This document shows, piece after piece, positions 10,570-20,170 of a stretch of 64,000 nt of DNA. The notes beneath the pieces are model-generated. The model did no database searches. It saw nothing but the letters and a program-made list of their open reading frames with translations, and was not told the origin of the DNA. Every line of letters starts with the position of its first letter. The first letter of the stretch is position 1. A program made the translations under genes and the position numbers. The DNA comes from Candidatus Neomicrothrix sp. UBA825 (GTDB lineage: Bacteria; Actinomycetota; Acidimicrobiia; Acidimicrobiales; UBA8592): contig DBHP01000091.1 of assembly GCA_002295705.1 (NCBI GenBank), positions 43,971-107,970 on the forward strand. The letters run 5' to 3'.

Positions 10570-12654
10570 TTGGAATCAATCCCCTACCTAGCTTTAATAA
10601 GCGCCCTTGCCGCATTGGCATTGGCATCATACTTTTTTACAACAGTTAAGGCAGCACCTGCAGGAAATGACCGAATGGTCTTCCTGATGACGGAAATCCA
10701 AAAGGGAGCCAAGGCTTTCCTTAGACAGGAATATACCTGGGTTTCATTTTTCGTCATCGCAATGGTGATTCTATTGGCAATTGTTATTGCACCTCTTGCT
10801 TCTGTTGCTTATATCATCGGGGCGATACTATCTGCTTCGGCGGGCTATATCGGCATGACTGTAGCCACTATGGCCAATGCACGAACAACTGAAGCTGCCA
10901 AAGAGGGCCCTGCGAAAGCTTTACCTGTTGCATACAGAGGTGGAGCCGTAATGGGCTTTTCAGTAGCGGGATTGGCTCTTCTTGGGCTGATGTTCGTGTA
11001 CCTCTTATTCGTTACCTGGCTCGAAGTAGACGACGCCTTTGAAATTGTTACAGCCTACGGGTTGGGGGCATCATCAATTGCCCTCTTCTCTCGAGTTGGT
11101 GGAGGTATCTATACCAAAGCTGCGGACGTAGGAGCGGATCTTGTAGGGAAAGTAGAAGCCGGAATTCCTGAGGACGACCCACGTAATCCTGCCACAATTG
11201 CTGACAATGTTGGCGACAACGTAGGTGATGTTGCTGGAATGGGCGCTGACCTCTTTGAATCTTATGCTGGATCAATTATTGCCCCTGTTGCGTTAACTGC
11301 ATTCGCAGTAGGTGCAACAGCAACAGAGGCAACCCTAACAGATTTTGATGGGGTCAATGTTCTAGGGCAGCTGATGTTTCCGATGGCGATCGCTTTAGTT
11401 GGAATGGTTGCTTCTATCCTTGGCTCCTTCCTTGTTAAAGGCGGTGACTCAACTGATTCCAAAGCTCTAAGCCATGCGTTGCATAGAGGCACCAATGTGG
11501 CTATGGGTCTTACAATTATTGGGACTATAGGAATGTCCTATTGGATATTTGATTCTGCGACAGGAAATCCGATCGGTTTAGCTATTTCAGTTATTGGCGG
11601 ACTCATTGTTGGATGGGCACTTGGAAAGACAGCTGAATTCTATACCTCTGATCACTTTGCTCCAGTCAAGAAGATTGCTGCTCAATCTGAAACCGGACCA
11701 GCAACGACCGTTCTAAGTGGAATAAGTGCGGGCATGGTTTCCGTCGCAGCCTCCGTAATTTTAGTACTAGCAGGTATCGGCATAGCTTATTGGGGAGGAG
11801 AAGAAACCCTAGGCAATGGAATATACGGTATAGCAGTCGCAGCTATAGGAATGTTAGCCACCACTGGAGCAGTTGTATCAGTGGACGCATATGGTCCAAT
11901 TGCCGACAACGCTGGAGGGATAGCCGAGATGGCTGAACTTGATCCATCAGTTCGAGAAGTCACCGACGCTTTAGACTCCCTCGGAAACACAACAGCAGCG
12001 ATTGCAAAAGGTTTTGCTGTTGGCTCTGCTGCTCTCACAGCGCTTGCCTTATTCAAAAGCTTCGAACTAGCAGTCCAGCAAGCCGGTGGATCGTTGACAC
12101 TAAACGTAGGCGAAGTTGATGTCTTCATTGGGTTATTCTTAGGCGCCGGCCTTCCTTTCCTATTTGCTGCACTAACAATTGATGCGGTTGGTCGTGCTGC
12201 AACGGCAATGATCGAGGAGGTTCGACGTCAATTCCGTGAGGTTCCAGGGCTGCGGGAAGGAAAGGAAGGGGTAACCCCTGACTCAGCTAGATGCGTTGCA
12301 ATCTCAACAGAAGCTTCACTCAAAGAAATGATTATCCCCGGCTCCCTAGCTGTTGTCGTACCTTTAGTTGTCGGATTTATTGACATAGATGCTTTAGGTG
12401 GACTACTAGCGGGTGCGCTTGTAACCGGATTCGCCTTAGCAATATTTATGGCGAATGCAGGAGGCGCATGGGATAACGCTAAGAAATATATTGAAGCTGG
12501 TGCCCACGGAGGAAAGGGCTCTGATCCTCATAAAGCAGCTGTTGTTGGAGATACTGTTGGTGACCCCTTCAAGGATACTTCAGGACCCGCAATGAACATT
12601 CTCCTCAAAGTGATGACCATTGTATCACTCGTTTTTGCTTCAGCTTTCGTCTAA
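10570..12654 (+). CDS. hppA: Membrane-bound cation-translocating pyrophosphatase, K+-dependent type
   Basis: [65 protein letters not shown] and [14 protein letters not shown]; AGGAG SD before TTG. Confidence 0.96.
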   Translation: MESIPYLALISALAALALASYFFTTVKAAPAGNDRMVFLMTEIQKGAKAFLRQEYTWVSFFVIAMVILLAIVIAPLASVAYIIGAILSASAGYIGMTVATMANARTTEAAKEGPAKALPVAYRGGAVMGFSVAGLALLGLMFVYLLFVTWLEVDDAFEIVTAYGLGASSIALFSRVGGGIYTKAADVGADLVGKVEAGIPEDDPRNPATIADNVGDNVGDVAGMGADLFESYAGSIIAPVALTAFAVGATATEATLTDFDGVNVLGQLMFPMAIALVGMVASILGSFLVKGGDSTDSKALSHALHRGTNVAMGLTIIGTIGMSYWIFDSATGNPIGLAISVIGGLIVGWALGKTAEFYTSDHFAPVKKIAAQSETGPATTVLSGISAGMVSVAASVILVLAGIGIAYWGGEETLGNGIYGIAVAAIGMLATTGAVVSVDAYGPIADNAGGIAEMAELDPSVREVTDALDSLGNTTAAIAKGFAVGSAALTALALFKSFELAVQQAGGSLTLNVGEVDVFIGLFLGAGLPFLFAALTIDAVGRAATAMIEEVRRQFREVPGLREGKEGVTPDSARCVAISTEASLKEMIIPGSLAVVVPLVVGFIDIDALGGLLAGALVTGFALAIFMANAGGAWDNAKKYIEAGAHGGKGSDPHKAAVVGDTVGDPFKDTSGPAMNILLKVMTIVSLVFASAFV

Positions 12655-12679
12655 GAGAAGCTCGTATTAATGTAGCTGG

Positions 12680-13483
12680 ATGCCATTCATTCCGGTAAAC
12701 GGCATCCAGCTATATTACGAAATTGAGGGTGACGGGCCGCCATTGCTGGTCATAAGCGGGACTGGCGCCGACCTTAGAAACCCGCGACCTGAAAACCCGA
12801 CTTTAACTGGTTTCCAAGTATTACGTTATGACCAACGCGGACTAGGGCAAACTGCGAGCCCTAAGGGCACTTATACGATGAAAGATTATGCCGATGATGC
12901 AGCATCTCTTTTAGAGAGCCTTGAATTAGGTCCCATCAACGTAATCGGCATCTCCTTTGGAGGAATGGTCGCCCAACATCTAGTGACGCGATATCCAAGT
13001 AAGGTAAACAAGTTAGTTCTTGCTTGCACATCACCTGGTGGCAATAATTTCTCGTCATTTGATTTAAGAAAAATAGTTTCGAGCTCAAAAAACCAAGTTG
13101 AATCATGGCTTCAGATTCTAGATTCAAGATACAAAAATTCAGGTAAGAACCTCCCCATCCTGAACATGGTCAAAGATGCATTACATACAAACACAAGACT
13201 ATTCCCCAATTTGATAACCGATGGGTTAACTCGCCAACTTGAAGCTAGATCAAAGCACGACTGCGTAAATAGTTTGAAAAATATATCCAACCAAACATTG
13301 ATTGTTGGCGGGAAGTATGACGATATTGCACCCGTTAAGAATCTATTAGAGATGCATAGATTGATTAAAAATTCGCAAATGCAGATCTTTGAAGGTGGTC
13401 ATCTCTTCCTCATGCAAGATAAACAGGCATGGCCAGCGATCATATCTTTTCTTTTGTCAGAAAGCGATACGCTAAAGGCGTGA
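12680..13483 (+). CDS. Alpha/beta-fold hydrolase (enol-lactonase/esterase-like)
   Basis: YDQRGLG, nucleophile elbow GISFGG, GKYDDI acid and GGH catalytic His. Confidence 0.85.
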   Translation: MPFIPVNGIQLYYEIEGDGPPLLVISGTGADLRNPRPENPTLTGFQVLRYDQRGLGQTASPKGTYTMKDYADDAASLLESLELGPINVIGISFGGMVAQHLVTRYPSKVNKLVLACTSPGGNNFSSFDLRKIVSSSKNQVESWLQILDSRYKNSGKNLPILNMVKDALHTNTRLFPNLITDGLTRQLEARSKHDCVNSLKNISNQTLIVGGKYDDIAPVKNLLEMHRLIKNSQMQIFEGGHLFLMQDKQAWPAIISFLLSESDTLKA

Positions 13484-14535
13484 GCTTAACTGATGGCGAT
13501 ACAAAGGAACGACTCGAAGTAGTAATCCTGTACGGAGGTAATTCTCCGGAGCATGAGGTCTCGCGCACATCATCACTTCATGTTGTTAAATCTATAGATC
13601 TCAAAAGATTCAAAACTCATTTGATAGCTATTGACAAATCTGGGTTTTGGTATGAGTTTAAACGTGACCTTTCAACGCAGGAGCAATCGAGGCTTGATGA
13701 GCCTCTCCCAATTGAAGGGCCCCGAATAAACCCCGTTGAATACCTTTCTGCATTTAATCCAACGGAATTAATTGTCTTTCCAATCCTTCATGGGCCCAAT
13801 GGGGAAGACGGTACAATGCAAGGATTTCTTGAACTTTTCAACATTGCGTACGTTGGGAGTGGAGTTCTATCTTCAGCATTATGTATGGACAAAATAAAAT
13901 GTAAAGAACTTCTAAACGCACACAACGTACCGCAAACTAAATGGGTAGGTGTCCACAAGAGCTCGATAGTCGACCTAAATGAACATTCGATAAATCTCGA
14001 TGGTGACTTATTTGTCAAGCCAGCGAATATGGGATCTTCTATCGGAATCTCAAAAGTCACTGATCGAAAAAATCTAACGACACCATTGCTAGAGGCAGCA
14101 AAATACGATGATTGGATAATAGTTGAAGAGGCAGTCAACGGAAGAGAAATCGAAGTAGCGATTCTCGAAGACGAAGAGCCTAAAGCATCTGTGCCGGGGG
14201 AGATTACCCCCGGAGCAGATTTTTATGATTACGAAGATAAATATGACGACGGAGCGACTCTTCGGATACCAGCGCCATTAGCAGATGACGAAATACTAGA
14301 GGTCCAGAATCTTGCAATAAAAGTATTTAAGTTATTGAACTGCCGAGATCTCGCCAGAATTGATTTCTTCTACAAAGAATCCGAGAAGAAATGGCTAGTC
14401 AACGAGATAAATACCATGCCCGGATTCACCCCAATTTCTATGTATCCAAAGCTTTGGAGCGCAACCGGCATACCGTACAATGAACTTGTAAATTATCTAC
14501 TAAGCGATCCTCATCAGAGGAGATTCAAGGGATAA
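13480..14535 (+). CDS. ddl: D-alanine--D-alanine ligase
   Basis: GGNSPEHEVS, HGPNGEDG, KPANMGSSIG, FYDYEDKY and NEINTMPG; start placed at GTG 13480, a GTGA overlap with the upstream stop. Confidence 0.95.
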   Translation: MSLTDGDTKERLEVVILYGGNSPEHEVSRTSSLHVVKSIDLKRFKTHLIAIDKSGFWYEFKRDLSTQEQSRLDEPLPIEGPRINPVEYLSAFNPTELIVFPILHGPNGEDGTMQGFLELFNIAYVGSGVLSSALCMDKIKCKELLNAHNVPQTKWVGVHKSSIVDLNEHSINLDGDLFVKPANMGSSIGISKVTDRKNLTTPLLEAAKYDDWIIVEEAVNGREIEVAILEDEEPKASVPGEITPGADFYDYEDKYDDGATLRIPAPLADDEILEVQNLAIKVFKLLNCRDLARIDFFYKESEKKWLVNEINTMPGFTPISMYPKLWSATGIPYNELVNYLLSDPHQRRFKG

Positions 14536-15106
14536 GGGCAATTTTCAAGAACCTAAGCAACTCTTTACGCCTGATTGCGACATCTCGTATTGTTGATTCC
14601 TCTCCTAATGCCTCAAACAGCTTAACTTCTGTAGCTGCTCCCATAATCGTTGAGTACGCCGAAAGCACCAGTAACTCAGGTTCTGATTTCCTGACCCTTC
14701 CGGCTTTCATCTCCTCAATTAACCATGTTGTCGCACCATCAAGAAGAGGCCGTATTCCATCAACCGCATACGTCAATATTGGGGGACCCAAACGTGTAAC
14801 CTCTCTCAGTAGCCCCAATAATTCGGGTCGATTATTTGCTAAGCGAAATACTCGCTTTACTATAGACTCAATTCTTTCCCATCCATAAGAACTTTTTCGG
14901 ATGGCTTCATCAAGGGCTACTGATAAATCAGTAATAGCTTGCCTCACGCATGCCTCAAGTAACAGTTCTTTAGAAGCATAATGGTACAGAATGGATTGCT
15001 TGCGAATATCTAAAGTTCGTGCGAGATCGTCAAGACTGGTCGCATCATAGCCAGATTCACCAAATGCCACTGTAGCTCTTTTCAAGATTCGATCTGAAGT
15101 CTCCAC
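14525..15106 (-). CDS. TetR/AcrR family transcriptional regulator
   Basis: N-terminal HTH GYDATSLDDLA...SILYHYASKE; 193 aa. Confidence 0.92.
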   Translation of the reverse strand: METSDRILKRATVAFGESGYDATSLDDLARTLDIRKQSILYHYASKELLLEACVRQAITDLSVALDEAIRKSSYGWERIESIVKRVFRLANNRPELLGLLREVTRLGPPILTYAVDGIRPLLDGATTWLIEEMKAGRVRKSEPELLVLSAYSTIMGAATEVKLFEALGEESTIRDVAIRRKELLRFLKIALIP

Positions 15107-15125
15107 GATTGGATTGTACCATTGC

Positions 15126-15139
15126 CTACCAAGTGGTAG
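15126..15139. promoter_or_regulatory. Palindromic operator candidate for the adjacent TetR
   Basis: CTACCA-AG-TGGTAG perfect inverted repeat in the 42-bp gap between divergent tetR and the lipid operon; TACAAT -10 on the minus strand at 15113-15118. Confidence 0.6.
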
Positions 15140-15148
15140 AAATAGAGT

Positions 15149-17461
15149 GTGATAAAGAAATCGCTCAAGGGAAAGAAAATAGCCATAACTGGATCTACTG
15201 GATTCCTTGGAACTGCCCTAGTAGAACTGCTACTTCGCGAAATTGATGATATACAGCTGCGGCTTTTGATAAGACCTTCCGGTAAGCGTTCAGCATCAAA
15301 GCGTCTTGAGAGGGACCTCTTGAAGAATGATGCGTTTGATCAGTTAAGAGAGGCTTTAGGAGCAGAGGGTTTCAATAACTTAACCACCAGTACTGTCAAA
15401 GCATTATCCGCAGACATTTCAAAGAATAATTTAGGCCTTGACGATGCAGGGCTCCGCGAACTCAGCGAATGTGACATCATAATACACAGTGCCGCAGCTG
15501 TTAGTTTCGACGAACCACTTGACCGAGCAGCAGAAGTTAACCTCATGGGCCCTGTTCGTTTAGTAGAGACCCTGCAGAACCTTGATGCAGATCCTCATCT
15601 AGTAATGGTGAGTACGTGTTACGTAGCTGGAAACAGAAAAGGAACCGCACCTGAAAAGCCACTTTCGCAGAGCCCCTTTTACGTTCCATTGGACTGGCGA
15701 GAAGAAACTGAGGCAGCGCGAAGGACAAGGTCTTACACAGAAGATGACAGCAGGAGAATCCAAAATCTCGAAAAATTTCGGGCTGAAGCTAAAAAAGAAT
15801 TAGGTGCACCTGGAATTTCCTCAATAGCAATGAAAACCGAGCAGATCCGTGAGCGATGGGTCAAAGATAAAATGGTAGAAGCTGGAAGAGAGAGAGCCAC
15901 CTCACTTGGTTTTCCAGACGCTTACGCTTTTACCAAAGCCATGGCAGAACAAGCAGTACAAGAAATTCGTGGACAAATCCCATTATCAATAGTGCGACCT
16001 TCAATCATTGAATCGTCATGGGATAAGCCCAATTCAGGTTGGATAAGAGGTTTCAGGATGGCTGAACCTATTATTTTAAATTTTGGTAAAGGAACCCTCA
16101 AGGAGTTCCCTGGAATCCCCGAAGGTGTAGTTGATATAATCCCCGTTGACCTCGTTGCGTCGGCTATTGTAGCTGTCGCTGCCCAAGAGAAACCCTCCGA
16201 TCCATTTGTAGTTCAAGTTGCTAGTGGTGAATGCAATCCAATAAAAATTGGGATTTTAGCTGATTTCGTACATGAATTCTTTGGCAACTTTCCAATCCTT
16301 GATGAGAAGAACCAACCCATAACGCCCTCTAAATGGGAGTTCCCTGGTCGCGGTCGTGTAGTGACACAATTGACCCGCGCAAAGCGTATCCTCCAAGCTG
16401 CCGAAAATGGGCTTCATAAACTCCCGATCAGAGGAAATCAGGCAATGGTGGTCGCCGACTTGGAAGAAAAGCGAAACGAACTAGACAAAGCGATGGAGTA
16501 CATCACTCTCTATGGAAAATACGTAGAATGTGAAGCAATCTACGACGTATCAAATCTCCTTCATTTGTGGGATTCGCTAGACGATAGCGATAGGAGTGCC
16601 TTTCCTTTTGACCCACGAATTATTGACTGGAGAAAATACGTTTACGATATACACCTACCGACTGTAGTCACTCAAGGACGAGTCAAGACAACCCCATCAT
16701 CCACCCCACCTGACTCACGCAGCAACAGATTGCGTAAGCAAGTTCTTGATCCTTCTAGGCAACTAGCTGTGTTTGACCTCGAAAATACTCTCATAGCCTC
16801 AAATGTAGTTTCATCTTGGGGTTACTTAGCAACGAAGAGACTGTCTTCACAAGACCGATTTAAGGTCATTGCCAAAACTGTTCTAGAGGCTCCATCAATG
16901 CTTGCGATGGACCGCAGGGACAGAACTGACTTTCTTAGAAACTTCTACCGCAAGTATGAAGGCGCACCTGTCATTCAAATCGACGAAGACTCACTTGAAA
17001 TGTTTAACGAATTTATATTAACGAAATCATTCCCAGCAGCAATCAGACGTGTACGCGAACATCGAGCTTTAGGACACAGAACATTACTGATCACAGGTGC
17101 ACTTGATTTTGTTGTGCAACCCTTAAAGCCACTTTTTGACGAAATATTAGCACCTTCCCTTGAAATAAAAGGCAACAAATATTCAGGTCGCATGACGCAT
17201 GTTCCACCTATCGGCGAAACAAGGGCAGCCTCTCTTCGCACATACGCTGACGAAAACAATCTGGATCTGAAAGAGTCCATCGCCTATGCAGACTCAACTA
17301 GTGACCTTCCAATGCTCGAAGCTGTTGGCTTTCCAGTCGCCGTTAACCCTGAGACAAAATTAGCAACACTTGCCAGACGAAGAGGATGGCTAGTAGAGAA
17401 TTTCCAACCGATTAAAGGCTCTCCTAAAAAAACCTTACCTTTAGGCTCAAAGAAAGAATAA
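15149..17461 (+). CDS. Fusion of fatty acyl reductase (NAD_binding_4/male-sterility type) and C-terminal HAD-IB hydrolase
   Basis: TGSTGFLG, IHSAAAVSF, VSTCYV, YAFTK (YxxxK), IVRPSII and DIIPVD; C-terminal VFDLENT, LITGA and AYADSTSDLPMLEAVGFPVAVNP. Confidence 0.88.
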   Translation: MIKKSLKGKKIAITGSTGFLGTALVELLLREIDDIQLRLLIRPSGKRSASKRLERDLLKNDAFDQLREALGAEGFNNLTTSTVKALSADISKNNLGLDDAGLRELSECDIIIHSAAAVSFDEPLDRAAEVNLMGPVRLVETLQNLDADPHLVMVSTCYVAGNRKGTAPEKPLSQSPFYVPLDWREETEAARRTRSYTEDDSRRIQNLEKFRAEAKKELGAPGISSIAMKTEQIRERWVKDKMVEAGRERATSLGFPDAYAFTKAMAEQAVQEIRGQIPLSIVRPSIIESSWDKPNSGWIRGFRMAEPIILNFGKGTLKEFPGIPEGVVDIIPVDLVASAIVAVAAQEKPSDPFVVQVASGECNPIKIGILADFVHEFFGNFPILDEKNQPITPSKWEFPGRGRVVTQLTRAKRILQAAENGLHKLPIRGNQAMVVADLEEKRNELDKAMEYITLYGKYVECEAIYDVSNLLHLWDSLDDSDRSAFPFDPRIIDWRKYVYDIHLPTVVTQGRVKTTPSSTPPDSRSNRLRKQVLDPSRQLAVFDLENTLIASNVVSSWGYLATKRLSSQDRFKVIAKTVLEAPSMLAMDRRDRTDFLRNFYRKYEGAPVIQIDEDSLEMFNEFILTKSFPAAIRRVREHRALGHRTLLITGALDFVVQPLKPLFDEILAPSLEIKGNKYSGRMTHVPPIGETRAASLRTYADENNLDLKESIAYADSTSDLPMLEAVGFPVAVNPETKLATLARRRGWLVENFQPIKGSPKKTLPLGSKKE

Positions 17462-17464
17462 TAA

Positions 17465-19081
17465 ATGCCACAAAATCAACGCAAACACCCAAGACCAGGA
17501 CTCGTTTTAGATGTCGACAGAACGTCACCACCCATTCTGTTTCATCATGGCGAAGGATTTCGCATGGAAAAACTTCCAGCGGGGCGATCTCGAGTTATAT
17601 ATCCAGCGGAACCGCTACCAGGAATTCCAAACCCAAACGCCTCTATCCGCCATGCACTAGAAAATCCACTTGGTGACTCCCCCCCGCTTTCTGCACTTTT
17701 AAAATCTGGAATGAAGCTGACAATAGCATTTGATGATATTTCTCTTCCCCTTCCCCCGATGCGGAAACCCGATATTAGGCAAAGAATCATTGAAGCAGTT
17801 CTTGATATAGCTGCCGCAGCGGGTGTCGATGATGTCCACTTGATAGCGGCCCTTGCTCTCCACAGAAGGATGACTGAACAAGAGCTGAGACATGCAGTTG
17901 GCGACAGAGTCTACGATGCGTTTGCACCTTCAGGAGCGATATACAACCACGATGCTGAAGACCCTGACGGAATGATAGTGATTGGAACAACACCTCATGG
18001 TGAAGAAGTACAAATCAACAAAAGAGCCGCAGAAAGTGATTTGATTGTATATGTAAACATAAATCTGGTCTCAATGGATGGCGGTTGGAAAAGTACTGCG
18101 ACCGGATTGTCCGGTTATACAGCACTCCGACACCATCACAACCCGCAAACAATGGTTGAGTCAAAAAGTTTCATGGATCAAGAGAATTCAGAACTACACA
18201 AATCTAACTGGCGACAAGGAAAGGTCCTAAAGGAATCAGGCATTCAAGTCTTCCAAATTGAAACCACAGTAAACAACAACACGTTTGGATATGAGGGGCC
18301 ACTCGCAATGCTTCAAAAACGCGAATGGGAGTGGACCTTCAAAGACCGCATGTCATTTCTCGGCATGCAAGCCGGGCTAAAGAGAATGTCGCCTGCATCA
18401 AAACGTAAATCCTTTCAAGGATGGCATTCACCATACGAAATTACATCTGTTCAAGCAGGCGAAGTTGAAGCTGTACACAAAATGACCACTGAAAACGTTT
18501 ACAAGCAGCATCTTGTCCAAGTTGAAGGACAGACGGATATTCTCACGATGGGATTACCTTACATATGCCCTTACAACGTTAACTCCGTGATGAATCCCAT
18601 ACTCGTTGCTTGCCTTGGACTTGGATATTTCTTCAATATGTACAAAGGGAAACCGCTTGTTAGGAGAGGCGGAGTAGTGATCATGACTCATCCCACACCC
18701 TGGGAATTCCATCCGGTACATCATCCTAGCTATATTGACTTTTTTGAGAGGGTTCTCAGCGAAACTACAGACCCCGCTGTGATGAGCCAAAAATATGAAA
18801 AGTCATTTGCAGAAGACGATTGGTATAGGCATTTGTATAGAACTTCTTATGCCTACCATGGAGTGCACCCCTTTTATATGTGGTATTGGTGTGCGCACGC
18901 TCTTGACCACCTTTCAGAGATAGTTATTGTAGGTGGCAATCAAGAAGCTGTGAGAAGGATGGGATTTCGATCAGCTACTACACTGCAAGATGCATTCGAA
19001 ATTGCGTCAGATTCAGTTGGGTTTAGCCCCACTATAACGCACTACCACAGCCCACCTATTTTAATGGCAGATGTGACGTAG
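17465..19081 (+). CDS. Lactate racemase (LarA/DUF2088) N-terminal domain-containing protein
   Basis: IRHALENPLG, IAFDDISLP, IAALALHRRMT, NHDAED, IGTTPHGEEVQINK and DGGWKS resemble the LarA N-domain; long divergent C-terminus. Confidence 0.75.
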   Translation: MPQNQRKHPRPGLVLDVDRTSPPILFHHGEGFRMEKLPAGRSRVIYPAEPLPGIPNPNASIRHALENPLGDSPPLSALLKSGMKLTIAFDDISLPLPPMRKPDIRQRIIEAVLDIAAAAGVDDVHLIAALALHRRMTEQELRHAVGDRVYDAFAPSGAIYNHDAEDPDGMIVIGTTPHGEEVQINKRAAESDLIVYVNINLVSMDGGWKSTATGLSGYTALRHHHNPQTMVESKSFMDQENSELHKSNWRQGKVLKESGIQVFQIETTVNNNTFGYEGPLAMLQKREWEWTFKDRMSFLGMQAGLKRMSPASKRKSFQGWHSPYEITSVQAGEVEAVHKMTTENVYKQHLVQVEGQTDILTMGLPYICPYNVNSVMNPILVACLGLGYFFNMYKGKPLVRRGGVVIMTHPTPWEFHPVHHPSYIDFFERVLSETTDPAVMSQKYEKSFAEDDWYRHLYRTSYAYHGVHPFYMWYWCAHALDHLSEIVIVGGNQEAVRRMGFRSATTLQDAFEIASDSVGFSPTITHYHSPPILMADVT

Positions 19082-19082
19082 C

Positions 19083-20075
19083 ATGGCAAGGAAATTAACC
19101 AAAAGAGAAATACAGCGCAAGACGCGGGAAATCTATAAAGCTGTCGGTAATGCCCCTCAGAGAATGCGCTCCATCTCGAATATCAAATCAGCGCAATTTC
19201 CTTACCGAGCAGCTCGCACACCTAACGGCGTTCCTCCAGTCAAACGAAAGACTTACCTTGGTTCTGAGTACCCTACAGTTTGGGCTCGCCGGTTACCAGC
19301 TAGGACTGTAAGACTTCTCTCGACCGAATTAATTGCTAAACCCCTAATGAGTTATATTGCTAGTCCGCAACGGACCGGCTATGACAGACTCGAAGGTCTC
19401 AAAAAACGGCAAGCAGTTATCTTTGTCGCAAACCACCAGAGCCATGCTGATACTCCCTTATTGCTGACTTCCATTCCTTTCCAATGGCGTAACCGGCTCA
19501 TCGTCGGTGCTGCCGCTGACTATTTCTTTAAAACAAAATTTGGCGGTTCACTATCCGCTTTATTTATTGGTGCTATTCCCGTGGAAAGAAACAAAGTAAG
19601 CCGTGAGTCCTCAGATCAAATTGCATCATTGATTAAACGAGGCTGGTCCTTCATGGTGTTTCCAGAGGGAGGCCGCTCCCCTGACGGATGGGGTCAACCA
19701 TTCCGAGCAGGAGCCGCTTATCTTTCAATAAAATGCGACGCACCAATTGTTCCTATACATCTTTCTGGAACAGGAAAGATCCTTCGTAAAGGTAAAGTAT
19801 GGCCGAAGCGATCATCAACTAAGGTTACATTTGGTACTCCGATTTGGCCGGGTGAAAAGGAGAACAGCAGAACTTACTCAAAAAAGATAGAGCAGGCAGT
19901 TGCGGAGTTAGCCGATGAAGAAAATAATGATTGGTGGATTGCCAAAAAACGAAAGCACTCTGGCCAGACCCCAACACTACAAGCCCCTGATATGGGAAGC
20001 TGGCGAAAGGCATGGAGCCTTGAAGCACAATTAGAGAAATCGGCAAAAACAAAAAGTCGCTGGCCGACAATTTAA
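19083..20075 (+). CDS. Lysophospholipid/glycerol-phosphate acyltransferase (PlsC family)
   Basis: NHQSHAD (HX4D), AAADYFF, FPEGGRSPDG and PIVP; basic N-terminal extension. Confidence 0.9.
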   Translation: MARKLTKREIQRKTREIYKAVGNAPQRMRSISNIKSAQFPYRAARTPNGVPPVKRKTYLGSEYPTVWARRLPARTVRLLSTELIAKPLMSYIASPQRTGYDRLEGLKKRQAVIFVANHQSHADTPLLLTSIPFQWRNRLIVGAAADYFFKTKFGGSLSALFIGAIPVERNKVSRESSDQIASLIKRGWSFMVFPEGGRSPDGWGQPFRAGAAYLSIKCDAPIVPIHLSGTGKILRKGKVWPKRSSTKVTFGTPIWPGEKENSRTYSKKIEQAVAELADEENNDWWIAKKRKHSGQTPTLQAPDMGSWRKAWSLEAQLEKSAKTKSRWPTI

Positions 20076-20170
20076 GATTCAACACCACAAGTGAGTTGAT
20101 TTACGATAGATTTATACTGCTTTATAAGTAGATGCGTTCCTGCATGCAGTGGAAGATAAATAGAGGAATT

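Noticed and set aside
13480-19081. ddl close to a lactate-racemase-domain gene, suggesting D-Ala-D-Lac (vancomycin-resistant) peptidoglycan
   Set aside because: The omega loop is FYDYEDKY with Tyr, typical of D-Ala-D-Ala ligases, and the LarA-like gene is in a separate TetR-controlled lipid operon.
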